A stretch of DNA of 64,000 bases from the NCBI GenBank assembly GCA_030867685.1, contig JAQOWU010000008.1:992001-1056000 (forward strand), given 5' to 3'. The stretch comes from Wickerhamiella versatilis (Eukaryota). This document shows positions 29,971 through 39,282 of the stretch, one piece after another. The notes beneath the pieces were generated by a model. That model worked only from the letters and a program-made list of their open reading frames with translations. It searched no databases and was not told the origin of the DNA. Made by a program: the position numbers and the translations under genes. Position 1 is the first letter of the stretch, and each line of letters starts with the position of its first letter.

Positions 29971-30320
29971 AGGAGACTATCTACCAGTGGTGACGAATGC
30001 GAGTCACCAAATCGAATTTCAAGCCCTGCCGATGCAAATGCTCCAAAGTATCGGGTAATCATATCGCTTCTAGTTGATTTGCGCCGCTCCAACCAGCTGA
30101 GCAGTCCATATATCACTGTTTTCTGTTCAGAGGGTGATGCATTCGTCCACGCCAACTTAAGCGCGTCTTCCCCTGTGGAGGCAAAATTAACCTCTACTTC
30201 ACGAGCCCTACTGCCGATATTAATCACTGTTTCCTCAGATAATGTCCAAAACTCATTCTCTGTACCTATGAAGATGATTCGAACAGGTGACAGGTGAAGA
30301 GCCTCCGCAAGTGTAAGCAT
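29952..30320 (-). CDS. Small alpha/beta protein, possible Shu1-like Rad51 paralogue
   Basis: 122-aa ATG ORF filling a gap. Alternating strand/helix pattern (RIIFIG, VEVNF, TVIYGL, EIRF). Confidence 0.5.
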   Translation of the reverse strand: MLTLAEALHLSPVRIIFIGTENEFWTLSEETVINIGSRAREVEVNFASTGEDALKLAWTNASPSEQKTVIYGLLSWLERRKSTRSDMITRYFGAFASAGLEIRFGDSHSSPLVDSLLQYSSS

Positions 30321-30368
30321 AAAAATATAAAGTCTTGCAAATAATGGAATTATGTTATCTACAATATT

Positions 30369-31475
30369 TTAGTGATTCATCCCATCCGATTCGGGAGAAG
30401 ATATGTCGTTACTTTCGTCTGTGTCACTGCCACTTGTATCGCTTCCAAAAGATTCCTCTGTATCACCCTCTATTTGTTCACTGTGGGGCTCTTGTCGTTG
30501 CTGTGAATAATATTTCTCAAGCTCTTTGGCTGCCTTTCGATCAACACCTGATGCATCGGCCTCAAAATCAAGTCTAGCTTTGCGCTGAACTTCGGACCAT
30601 TTTGGATAGTTTCCAGAGACCCCGAAACGTGCAGTAAAGTAATGTCTTATCGAGTCCACGTCGCGCTCAAAGTATTCCTGAGCATTTGGGTGATCTATAG
30701 ATACACACTGTGGGAAGTCGATGATTACTGCTTCAGACTCGGGAGAATCAGCATCATAATCCTGAACTAAAATATTGAACTCATTAAAATCGCAATGGAT
30801 GAGACCGTGATCTGCGAGTCTAGCAATGAAGTCCATCAACAATGCGTACAATCTCTCTGGGTCTGGAACATCTCGCAGTTTCCTAAGCAATACGCCGTCT
30901 ACTAAGTCCATAACCACGCAGTGACGACTGTAATCAATCGGACGAGGAACACTGAATCCTGCTTCATACAATAGCCGCATATACGTGAATTCTTTTTCTG
31001 CACTTAATTTTGACAAAGTTAACCAGTTGACAGTTGTGTTACCTTTTTGATAATCACGCGATTTTCGGGCAGCTCCTCTGAACGAGACGCGGCCGAGACG
31101 ATGGACTTTTAAACAGAGCTGCTCAGCTTTTTCATTAGCAACAGTGTAAATATCCGATTCTTTGCCAATTCCTATTTGGTGGCCAACTGCCGCTATCGAA
31201 TCCCTGGTAACAAGGGATTTGAGGGCTAAATAATCGAATCCATGATAGGTCAAACGCCAGCCATCATAATTTTGACGCGGATCACGAGTGATAAGATTGA
31301 TTTTCGATAAAATTGAAATTGACTTTTGAAGAAGTGATTTATTTCGTACACCTGAAAGAGTTAGAAGCAGTGAAGTTGGCACAATTTCGTGATTCTTTGA
31401 TCCATTCTCCATTGCCTGTAAAACCTTGAAATCTGCTTTGGACAAGTAACGCATGTGCGAAGTCTCCAAGCGCAT
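30369..31475 (-). CDS. RIO2: Atypical kinase Rio2
   Basis: Winged-helix N-terminus, IGIGKESDIY, IHCDFNEFN, IIDFPQ. Confidence 0.96.
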   Translation of the reverse strand: MRLETSHMRYLSKADFKVLQAMENGSKNHEIVPTSLLLTLSGVRNKSLLQKSISILSKINLITRDPRQNYDGWRLTYHGFDYLALKSLVTRDSIAAVGHQIGIGKESDIYTVANEKAEQLCLKVHRLGRVSFRGAARKSRDYQKGNTTVNWLTLSKLSAEKEFTYMRLLYEAGFSVPRPIDYSRHCVVMDLVDGVLLRKLRDVPDPERLYALLMDFIARLADHGLIHCDFNEFNILVQDYDADSPESEAVIIDFPQCVSIDHPNAQEYFERDVDSIRHYFTARFGVSGNYPKWSEVQRKARLDFEADASGVDRKAAKELEKYYSQQRQEPHSEQIEGDTEESFGSDTSGSDTDESNDISSPESDGMNH

Positions 31476-31558
31476 GATCTCAGACCTTCTTTTTTTCTTC
31501 TAAAGCAGAGATTTAAAAGTATTTGTCAGTTAGTGCACGTGATCTATCCCGGTATATC

Positions 31559-31567
31559 AGTGGCAAA
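31559..31567 (+). promoter_or_regulatory. Rpn4/PACE-like element upstream of UFD4
   Basis: AGTGGCAAA in the RIO2-UFD4 divergent spacer. Confidence 0.45.
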
Positions 31568-31723
31568 AATGGTTCTTAATGAAGCGCTGGGAGTGGTGGA
31601 GCTTCAAATTTTATTTTCTGTAATAATAGGTGAATAAATATACCGTGCATGTAAATGCCATCGCCATTATGCGTCAATACCTATTTTCGCGCAATTGCTG
31701 CCTAAGCGAGTGCTAAATCATTA

Positions 31724-34700
31724 ATGCCTGGCACTGACGACGAGCACGATTTGGGAGAAATGAGCGAGTTCGGGGACGAAGCCCAAGCGAGTGAACAGGA
31801 AGAGGGAGATGAAGATGAAGACGAGGATTTCGAGGATGAAGCCAGTCACTTCATTGAAGCCCTGCAGAACGCTGGCTTGCGATTTCCGGCACTCCAAAGC
31901 CTAATGGATCCTGGCATTGCTACCTTGATACAGTCTCTGCAGAGTCCTGAAACTGCCATTGTTCTGGATGGTTTGCAGCAGTTGAGCAGTATGTTGCTCA
32001 TGCCACGTGAAGCTGCTTTGATGCTGTTCCCCACGCGGCAAATAAGTCAAGAGCTTATAAGACTTATGACTGCTGAAGAGCAGAATCCTGAGGTGCTTGT
32101 AATGACAGCTAGGGCAGCTGCACAATTGCTTGATTCGGGTGTCCCTGGTGCGATGGACTCTCTCGTCCGAGATGGGATTGTTGGTGGCCTCAAACACCTT
32201 TTTGAGAGTAGTATCGGATACATTGATGTTACAGAACAGGCTGTAGTTGTTCTGAGGCGTGTTGCTGCAGAGCATCCAGCGAATGTGCTTGAAGGAGGTT
32301 GTCTTCCACCAATATTGGGGACCATCGACTTTTTTAACATTCACATACAGCGTACAATCCTTGATGCCGTCTCAAACTGCTGTGGTGCTATAACTGACAG
32401 TAATTGGGCTGCGACAAAACCTTTGGTCCCTTTGCTTGAGCAACATCTTACCACCACTCCTGAAGAACTTGCAGATATGGCCGCAGGCGCGCTCAGTCAA
32501 ATAATAGTTGCAGTGGCACGTAGAGGAGGGCAGAATGAGGCTGCAAGTATCGTTGGAGAAAATACTTGGCGTGCGCTGGTCGCACGCATTATGCCTGGTA
32601 CGCCTTTTTTAGGAAGGATTCTACGAGCTCTCTCTCTACTTGCCGGTATTCAGGAAAGAGCTGCTGCTCTCATATCCGAATGTCATATTGCATCAGTTGT
32701 TCAGCGTGCATTAACAGGTGGTGAGGGAGATGCCTTCAAGACGCTCCTACACTGTCCTAAAGATACCCTGGTGGGCTCTTTGAAGCTTTTTGTAGCGTTA
32801 ATGCCGGTGCCTGGTAGCCATTTTCAATTCTCAGGGCCCTTCAGGCGCCGTGAATCGCGGGAGTTTATTCCACCATCGGGATTTGATGCATATGCTACGA
32901 CTGTAGTGGATACGGTAAGCCAAATATATAATGCCAGTGCAGATACACATGTCCGGGAGTTGACATTGTTTGTATTGCTTCAGATTACATGGTACTCTCC
33001 AATTGATATTCTCGTTCAGTTTCCTGAGCAAGTTGGTCAATTTGCTACCTCAGTAATTTCTCATGCTGATAGCAAACTACTTGTAGTTGGAGGTCTTGAC
33101 ATCGCTTATAATTTAATATCACGTGCGTCAAGCCGATTTGTCGAAGTTTTTGAAAATATAGGCCTACCTGCAGAGCTCAGTGAGTTACAATCAAGTTCTG
33201 TGGAACCTCACGGCACGTTCCAGAGTCATGATGATCTAGAGCCGGTCTCAGCTTTTATGGTATATCAAATTATGGCTTATTTCAATCTGAAAAGCAAGGA
33301 TTATCCAAGATTACATGGATATGTCGAGGCTCTTAGGAGTGGCGAGATTGAAGGGTTAAGTAATTTAGATAGCATCTTGCACGAATGCTCGACGCCTGAG
33401 CTACTACGTCTCGGAATTTTCGACGTAATTGCTGATATAGGATGTCAGAATGCATCCACACCTTCCGTTTTCATGGAACATATACGCCCTGCGTTACCGA
33501 GACTTATTGCAACTTTACAAGATGCACTAAGTCGTTCTGAACGATTTGAGGCACTATCCTCATCTCACTCTGGATCTGTCCCTTCCCTGCGTAATGCCTT
33601 AACCCGATTTGTTAAGGTCAGGCTACAAAGTCGAAGAAATGCGGAAGTTGGCTGGGCAGTTAGTGTACAGGCTATAGCTGCGCTTGAAGTTCTCGAAGAG
33701 TTTTGCCGCTCAAGACTTAGTCTTCGTACTAGGTTCTTGCCGGTGGTTGGCGAAGATGATCCTGAAAGTGAGGAGGAAGAAAATGGGGGTAGGTTTGGTT
33801 CTCAAGAGCATTTCCGCTTTTTCTTCAATAACCAGCCTTTACCACATGATATGTCTGTATTAGGAGCTGTATATCCTCAATTCTCGCGAGATATGAATGA
33901 GGCCGTTATTCCGAGAAGTATATGGTCGGAGACATTCACATTACAATTCGAAAGAGGTAGACCAGAGCAACGGGTACCAGCGACGGAGGCAGAAGAAGTA
34001 GATGTTTGGCATAGTGTACCTCACAGTTTCGGGGCGAATCAGCATCTGGCAGTTACTATAAGACTACTGCGTGTAATTGCGACATTAAATGATGCGTACC
34101 CTATACTATCACCACACGAATTCTTGAATTCAAAACTTACGACAAAGCTTAACCGCCAACTCGAAGATCCATTGATAGTTGTAGGAGCTATCCTGCCTCA
34201 ATGGACATTTGACACCGTTCATCTATATCCGTTCCTATATCCATTCGAGACACGTTTGCAATTTGTAAGGTCAACATCCTTTGGATATTCACGATCCATT
34301 TCCAGATGGTCTACTGAGTCGTCTGAGGTGGGCCGTCCAGTAACTCAGAAATACCGAATTGGTAGGGATGGTCTACTTCAGGGAGGTCTTAAGCTCCTCG
34401 AAATGAGCTCTGCAAGCCCTGCTATTGTCGATATAGAATTTTATGGTGAAGTTGGTACTGGATTGGGTCCCACCCAAGAATTCTATGCTGACATTTCTCG
34501 TGAGTTCGCTTTGCAAAAGGATATGTGGCGTGATGGGGATGGGTTGTTTCCCCGTGCGTATGCGCAAGATGACCCCAGACTCGAAAATGTGTGCGTTAAG
34601 TTCAAAGGACTCGGACGATTGATAGCAAGAGCTCTTCTTGATCAGAGATTGCTGGATTTTCGGTTCAACCTAGGTTTCTTTTCAGTGCTGCTTGGATTGC

Positions 34701-35395
34701 CATCGGCGAATATTTTGGATCTCGTCGACCCAATGCTCTTGAAGTTTTTGAATGAGCTACCCAATCAGACTAATATTGCTTCTTTAGGTCTCGATTTCAC
34801 TTTACCAGGCACCAACCTGGAGATGTTGCCTGCTGGAGCAGACCAGGACCTCACACCTAATCGTGTATTTGAATATATTTACCTGGTGAAGGATTGGACG
34901 CTCGAAAGAGGCATTCGCCACCAGCTAGATGCTTTTGTCTCTGGCTTTTCGGCAAGCGTCTCAATTGATGCCCTTCATGCATTTAGTCCTCACGAGCTGG
35001 TTATGCTGTTTGGGGGCGGGGGCAACGATGCAGACTGGTCCATCCAAACCTTGCAGGCAGTTATCAAGGCAGATCATGGCTATACAGTAGATTCTGAGCC
35101 AGTAAGAACCCTAGTAAGGGTAATGTCTGCCCTTTCTCGTGAGGAAAGACGTCAGTTTCTACAATTTATGACTGGCAGCCCCAATCTCCCTCTAGGTGGG
35201 TTTAAGGCACTTCAACCTCAATTTACTGTAGTCTTCAAGCATCCTGAGAATGACGCTCAGCCAGATCTTACGTTGCCATCAGTGATGACCTGTGCTAATT
35301 ACCTCAAACTTCCAGCCTACTCCTCTGAGGATGTGCTTCGAAGACAATTACGTACAGCTATCTCAGAAGGAAGTGGTTCTTTCCCACTTTCTTAA
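31724..35395 (+). CDS. UFD4: HECT E3 ubiquitin ligase (Ufd4/TRIP12)
   Basis: ARM region YIDVTEQA, NSKLTTKLNRQLEDPL, EVGTGLGPTQEFY, catalytic LPSVMTCANYLKLP. Confidence 0.94.
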   Translation: MPGTDDEHDLGEMSEFGDEAQASEQEEGDEDEDEDFEDEASHFIEALQNAGLRFPALQSLMDPGIATLIQSLQSPETAIVLDGLQQLSSMLLMPREAALMLFPTRQISQELIRLMTAEEQNPEVLVMTARAAAQLLDSGVPGAMDSLVRDGIVGGLKHLFESSIGYIDVTEQAVVVLRRVAAEHPANVLEGGCLPPILGTIDFFNIHIQRTILDAVSNCCGAITDSNWAATKPLVPLLEQHLTTTPEELADMAAGALSQIIVAVARRGGQNEAASIVGENTWRALVARIMPGTPFLGRILRALSLLAGIQERAAALISECHIASVVQRALTGGEGDAFKTLLHCPKDTLVGSLKLFVALMPVPGSHFQFSGPFRRRESREFIPPSGFDAYATTVVDTVSQIYNASADTHVRELTLFVLLQITWYSPIDILVQFPEQVGQFATSVISHADSKLLVVGGLDIAYNLISRASSRFVEVFENIGLPAELSELQSSSVEPHGTFQSHDDLEPVSAFMVYQIMAYFNLKSKDYPRLHGYVEALRSGEIEGLSNLDSILHECSTPELLRLGIFDVIADIGCQNASTPSVFMEHIRPALPRLIATLQDALSRSERFEALSSSHSGSVPSLRNALTRFVKVRLQSRRNAEVGWAVSVQAIAALEVLEEFCRSRLSLRTRFLPVVGEDDPESEEEENGGRFGSQEHFRFFFNNQPLPHDMSVLGAVYPQFSRDMNEAVIPRSIWSETFTLQFERGRPEQRVPATEAEEVDVWHSVPHSFGANQHLAVTIRLLRVIATLNDAYPILSPHEFLNSKLTTKLNRQLEDPLIVVGAILPQWTFDTVHLYPFLYPFETRLQFVRSTSFGYSRSISRWSTESSEVGRPVTQKYRIGRDGLLQGGLKLLEMSSASPAIVDIEFYGEVGTGLGPTQEFYADISREFALQKDMWRDGDGLFPRAYAQDDPRLENVCVKFKGLGRLIARALLDQRLLDFRFNLGFFSVLLGLPSANILDLVDPMLLKFLNELPNQTNIASLGLDFTLPGTNLEMLPAGADQDLTPNRVFEYIYLVKDWTLERGIRHQLDAFVSGFSASVSIDALHAFSPHELVMLFGGGGNDADWSIQTLQAVIKADHGYTVDSEPVRTLVRVMSALSREERRQFLQFMTGSPNLPLGGFKALQPQFTVVFKHPENDAQPDLTLPSVMTCANYLKLPAYSSEDVLRRQLRTAISEGSGSFPLS

Positions 35396-35560
35396 AAAAG
35401 TTTGTATCCTAAAATTTAAAAGTAAATCGTGCATATTCGTTCCCACAAGACTTAACATTGAGCAAAGTTAATGATTGATTATCTCTCTCGTTGAGATTAA
35501 GCGAGCCATACCGTTGCTGACTCAGTCGGCTGCGTAGCTCAAAGTGACACAGAGCCGGCT

Positions 35561-36511
35561 ATGTGGAGTGTTCCCTTAGAAGCCTCTAACACTGCAAATA
35601 GAGGCCCTGAGTTCTCATCCGATTTTGTTATGAAGCTTTATCAAATGCTTGATACCCCTGAGTATTCAGGAATTGTCCGATGGGGTGATTCACATGACTC
35701 TTTCGTTATTTACGACACAAATCTGTTCCAAGAGCTCGTAATCCCTCAGGTTTTCAATCACTCAAATTTTTCAAGTTTTGTTCGACAGCTAAACAAATAT
35801 GATTTTCATAAAGTGCGATCTAAAAACCCGCAGTCCAAGGCTTGGGAATTCACACATCCGGAATTCCGCCCAGAAAACCGGGACAAGACACATCTTATCC
35901 GTCGAAAATCCCCCAACAAAACTAAGACACAAGTGTCAAAAAAAGCAGAGAGCCAGCTGCAAGACGAAATTTTGGATCTTACCTCTAGAGTTGAGATTAT
36001 TGAGAATACCAACAGGCAGCTGCTGAATGCCCTTAGACTTCAGCAGAGCCTGGTAGAACGACTCCTTAATGCTGTTGATCTTCCGGATGATGAGGATAAA
36101 GAAAATCCGACACCACAAAATCGCAAAGTTCTTCTTGCACTTGACGACTCTGAAGCTGGGGAAATTTGCCGCAAATTCCTAGAGCAGTATGGCTGTACAG
36201 TAGAAATGGCTCCTAATGGCCTCGAGGTAGTACAACGTGCTGAGATTAATCGCTACTATTGCATAGTCATGGACGTCGTGCTTAGTGCCCTAGATGGAAT
36301 GTCGGCAACGGAACTCATAAGACAATCAGACCCTACAACTCCAATAATTGTAGTTGTCGACGAGAAGTCTAAAAGCGTACTCCCTGGATCAAAACCGATA
36401 AATACAGACTTGTCAGGTTATTTAAAGAGAGGGGCATCAGCAGTTCTTCTGCGACCTTTCACAAAAAATCAGCTGTTCCAAGCTCTGAATACTATTGCTA
36501 CGGAAACATAG
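35561..36511 (+). CDS. SKN7: HSF-type DNA-binding plus receiver-domain transcription factor
   Basis: FVMKLYQML...HSNFSSFVRQLNKYDFHKV, a short coiled coil, then a receiver domain (KFLEQYGCTV, MDVV, DG). Confidence 0.85.
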   Translation: MWSVPLEASNTANRGPEFSSDFVMKLYQMLDTPEYSGIVRWGDSHDSFVIYDTNLFQELVIPQVFNHSNFSSFVRQLNKYDFHKVRSKNPQSKAWEFTHPEFRPENRDKTHLIRRKSPNKTKTQVSKKAESQLQDEILDLTSRVEIIENTNRQLLNALRLQQSLVERLLNAVDLPDDEDKENPTPQNRKVLLALDDSEAGEICRKFLEQYGCTVEMAPNGLEVVQRAEINRYYCIVMDVVLSALDGMSATELIRQSDPTTPIIVVVDEKSKSVLPGSKPINTDLSGYLKRGASAVLLRPFTKNQLFQALNTIATET

Positions 36512-36581
36512 GGTTCTATGAGAATTATTATACATGGGTGTCCCTTAATCGAAGAGCTTCTAGCTAAAGAATACTAGGTCA

Positions 36582-36866
36582 TCAGCGAAGAAGCCCAACA
36601 AGCATCTCAATACATGACGCGAGCTGTACCATTCCGTAGAAACAATTCCAGCAGTTTTGGTTTCTGACACCGCCACCACCGCCACCACTAGGTTGTTGTA
36701 CATAAACTGGCTGTTGACCGTAGCCCCCTTGAGGAGGTGGTGCTTGATTCTGATAGTTGTACTGCTGGCCGCTGTAGCTGTGGCTATAACCTTGTTGAGC
36801 TCCAGCTGACACCTGGGCGGGGGGTGGAATCTTCTCTGGAGGAGCTGGATAACTCTGTGTCGCCAT
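36582..36866 (-). CDS. Small Pro/Gln/Tyr-rich tail-anchored protein (CYSTM-like)
   Basis: PPPQGGYGQQPVYVQQP followed by a Cys-containing hydrophobic C-terminus. ATG 36866. Confidence 0.6.
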   Translation of the reverse strand: MATQSYPAPPEKIPPPAQVSAGAQQGYSHSYSGQQYNYQNQAPPPQGGYGQQPVYVQQPSGGGGGGVRNQNCWNCFYGMVQLASCIEMLVGLLR

Positions 36867-36896
36867 CACCGCTTGATTTCAGGATGGTGATGTTTA

Positions 36897-36972
36897 TTAG
36901 TAATTATAAGGGATGCATGTATAACTGTCTTGGCCGCCTATTTATTAAGTGTTGATAACAAATTGACGTCAA
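36897..36972. promoter_or_regulatory. bZIP sites: YRE-like TTAGTAA and palindromic CRE TTGACGTCAA
   Basis: TTAGTAA at 36897-36903 and TTGACGTCAA at 36963-36972, in the CYSTM/GSH1 divergent spacer. Confidence 0.4.
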
Positions 36973-37421
36973 CGATTATCGGTAATCTCTAGAAGAATCA
37001 GTGTGAGTTTTGCTTCTCATAAATGCTAAATATTGAAATGTTTGGATATATCCACTGAGGTATTTTAGAAGTATTCGTGGAATTCTCGCAGGGGCAGGTT
37101 GTACAGTGCAATCAGGTCTTATATCCTTGGATGATCTAGAACAAGGATGTCATTTTTAATTTTCATGAAAGTGTCTAACACGCTTCAACATAAAAAAAAT
37201 ATAAAGATAGAATTTTTATGAATCTACTCCCGCCTCAAAGAAAGTACATTAATTTTGGTAGGATCATGAATTTAAGACTCTGGTAGTATTAATCCTTATT
37301 TTCTTTCCCTCCTAAACACACTTGAGCAGTAAGGTCCATGTGGACTAGACGAGTAGATACAGATCTCGTGATCTTACGTGATTTCACTTATCCCTCCGTG
37401 ACTGGGATATTCAAAAACACA

Positions 37422-39236
37422 ATGGGCCTGCTATCGCTGGGTACGCCACTACCCTGGGCAGAAGTTGAGAAGCATGTTGATTATGTTCGTATGCATGGTA
37501 TTAAACAGTTGCTAGAAACATTCCGAAATTATGCTGGGCGGACCTATGATGCGCTCCTTTGGGGCGATGAGCTAGAATACATCGTGGTACGATTCCATCG
37601 TAGTGGCGATAAAAAAAAGGCCGTTCTTTCTCTTCGACAAGAAGAAATCCTTGATAAGCTTGTTGCAAATAGCGAGCAATGCATTAAGGAGGGTGTAGAA
37701 TACCATCCTGAATACGGTCGATACATGATTGAGGCTGTTCCAGCTAACCCTTACACGCATGAGTTCTCAAGTTTTCTTTCAGTAGAAAAAAATATGGCTA
37801 AGCGGAGGCTGATCGCCAAACAACATATGCTAGAGGATGAGTATCCTATGACACTCACCAATTTTCCTCTTTTGGGCCAAGGCCATTTCTCAGAACCATG
37901 GGAGGAGCCTGGTGGGCCTGTTGCACGGTCGTACTTCTTACCTGACAACATAATTAATACTCACCCCAGGTTTCCATGGCTGACAGCCAATATCCGGACA
38001 CGCAGAGGCAAAAAGGTAGCCATGAACGTTCCTATGTTTAGAGATAAAAATACAAAGTGGCCATTCAGAGATCCTTCTATACCTACGAATCGACACATGT
38101 GGCCAGAGGATGAGATAAAGGATAATCTTGATAACCACATATATATGGATGCTATGGGTTTTGGCATGGGTATGTGTTGCCTGCAGGTAACTTTGCAAGC
38201 TAGTGATATCACCGAAGCGAGGAATATCTATGATAAATTTGCCCCTGTTACACCATGGTTTCTAGCTTTGAGCGCCGCTACACCTATATTTCGAGGCTTA
38301 CTTAGTGACCAAGATGTTCGGTGGAATGTGGTAAGTGGCGCCGTTGATGATAGAACTAGTGCTGAAAGAGCACCTGGTGGAATTCCCAAATCTCGATATG
38401 CAGGCATTGATTCTTATATCGGTACAGATCCTCGAATATCGCAATTTAATGACATTGAAACTCCTACGAATGACGAAGTGGAAAAGATGTTGCGAGGCCA
38501 CATGCCAGAACCGCTAGTAAATCATTTTGCGCACTTGTTCATTCGTGACCCATTGGTTATTTTCGAAGAGTTGATAGAACAAGATGACTCGAAGTCAAAA
38601 GATCACTTTGAGAATATTCAGAGTACAAACTGGCAATCGTTGAGGTTTAAACCTCCTCCTAATGATAAAATGGGATGGAGGATAGAATTCAGGACTATGG
38701 ATGTACAAATCACTGACTTTGAAAATGCCGCTTTCACAGTATTTCTAGTACTTCTTAGCCGGGCATTGCTGAGCACAAATATAGACCTATATCAGCCTAT
38801 CTCCCAGATTGAGGAAAATATGTCTACGGCACATATGCGAGATTCCGTAAATAGAGGGACTTTTTGGGTCAATGCTGGTGGAGAATTTATCAGGCTTCAT
38901 CTTGACGAAATTTTCAATGGATGTACTCGATTTGTCGGTCTTGTACCGTTGGTCAGGCAGTACTTATCAACAGTAGATATCGACCTGGACACTTATCACT
39001 CTTTCAGCAAATACTTAAGTCTAATATCCCGTCGGGCTTCTGGAGAACTACAAACAGCTGCTAAATGGATAAGGGATTACGTTGAAAATCACCCGTCATA
39101 TAGACATGACAGCGTGATTCCAGAGGACCTTAATTACGATTTGCTTAAAGTGCTATTGGAAATTGGCGAAGATAAAGACTGGGATACTACTGCTAAAGGG
39201 ATGCTGGGAGGTTGTTCTCCGTGCGCTAGGGCTTGA
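37422..39236 (+). CDS. GSH1: Glutamate-cysteine ligase
   Basis: MGLLSLGTPL start, LWGDELEY, HPEYGRYMIE, YMDAMGFGMG, HFENIQSTNWQ, GWRIEFR. Confidence 0.97.
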   Translation: MGLLSLGTPLPWAEVEKHVDYVRMHGIKQLLETFRNYAGRTYDALLWGDELEYIVVRFHRSGDKKKAVLSLRQEEILDKLVANSEQCIKEGVEYHPEYGRYMIEAVPANPYTHEFSSFLSVEKNMAKRRLIAKQHMLEDEYPMTLTNFPLLGQGHFSEPWEEPGGPVARSYFLPDNIINTHPRFPWLTANIRTRRGKKVAMNVPMFRDKNTKWPFRDPSIPTNRHMWPEDEIKDNLDNHIYMDAMGFGMGMCCLQVTLQASDITEARNIYDKFAPVTPWFLALSAATPIFRGLLSDQDVRWNVVSGAVDDRTSAERAPGGIPKSRYAGIDSYIGTDPRISQFNDIETPTNDEVEKMLRGHMPEPLVNHFAHLFIRDPLVIFEELIEQDDSKSKDHFENIQSTNWQSLRFKPPPNDKMGWRIEFRTMDVQITDFENAAFTVFLVLLSRALLSTNIDLYQPISQIEENMSTAHMRDSVNRGTFWVNAGGEFIRLHLDEIFNGCTRFVGLVPLVRQYLSTVDIDLDTYHSFSKYLSLISRRASGELQTAAKWIRDYVENHPSYRHDSVIPEDLNYDLLKVLLEIGEDKDWDTTAKGMLGGCSPCARA

Positions 39237-39282
39237 GGTAGTACTAGTGTTTGATGACTCAGTACACTGATGACGTTGGCTT

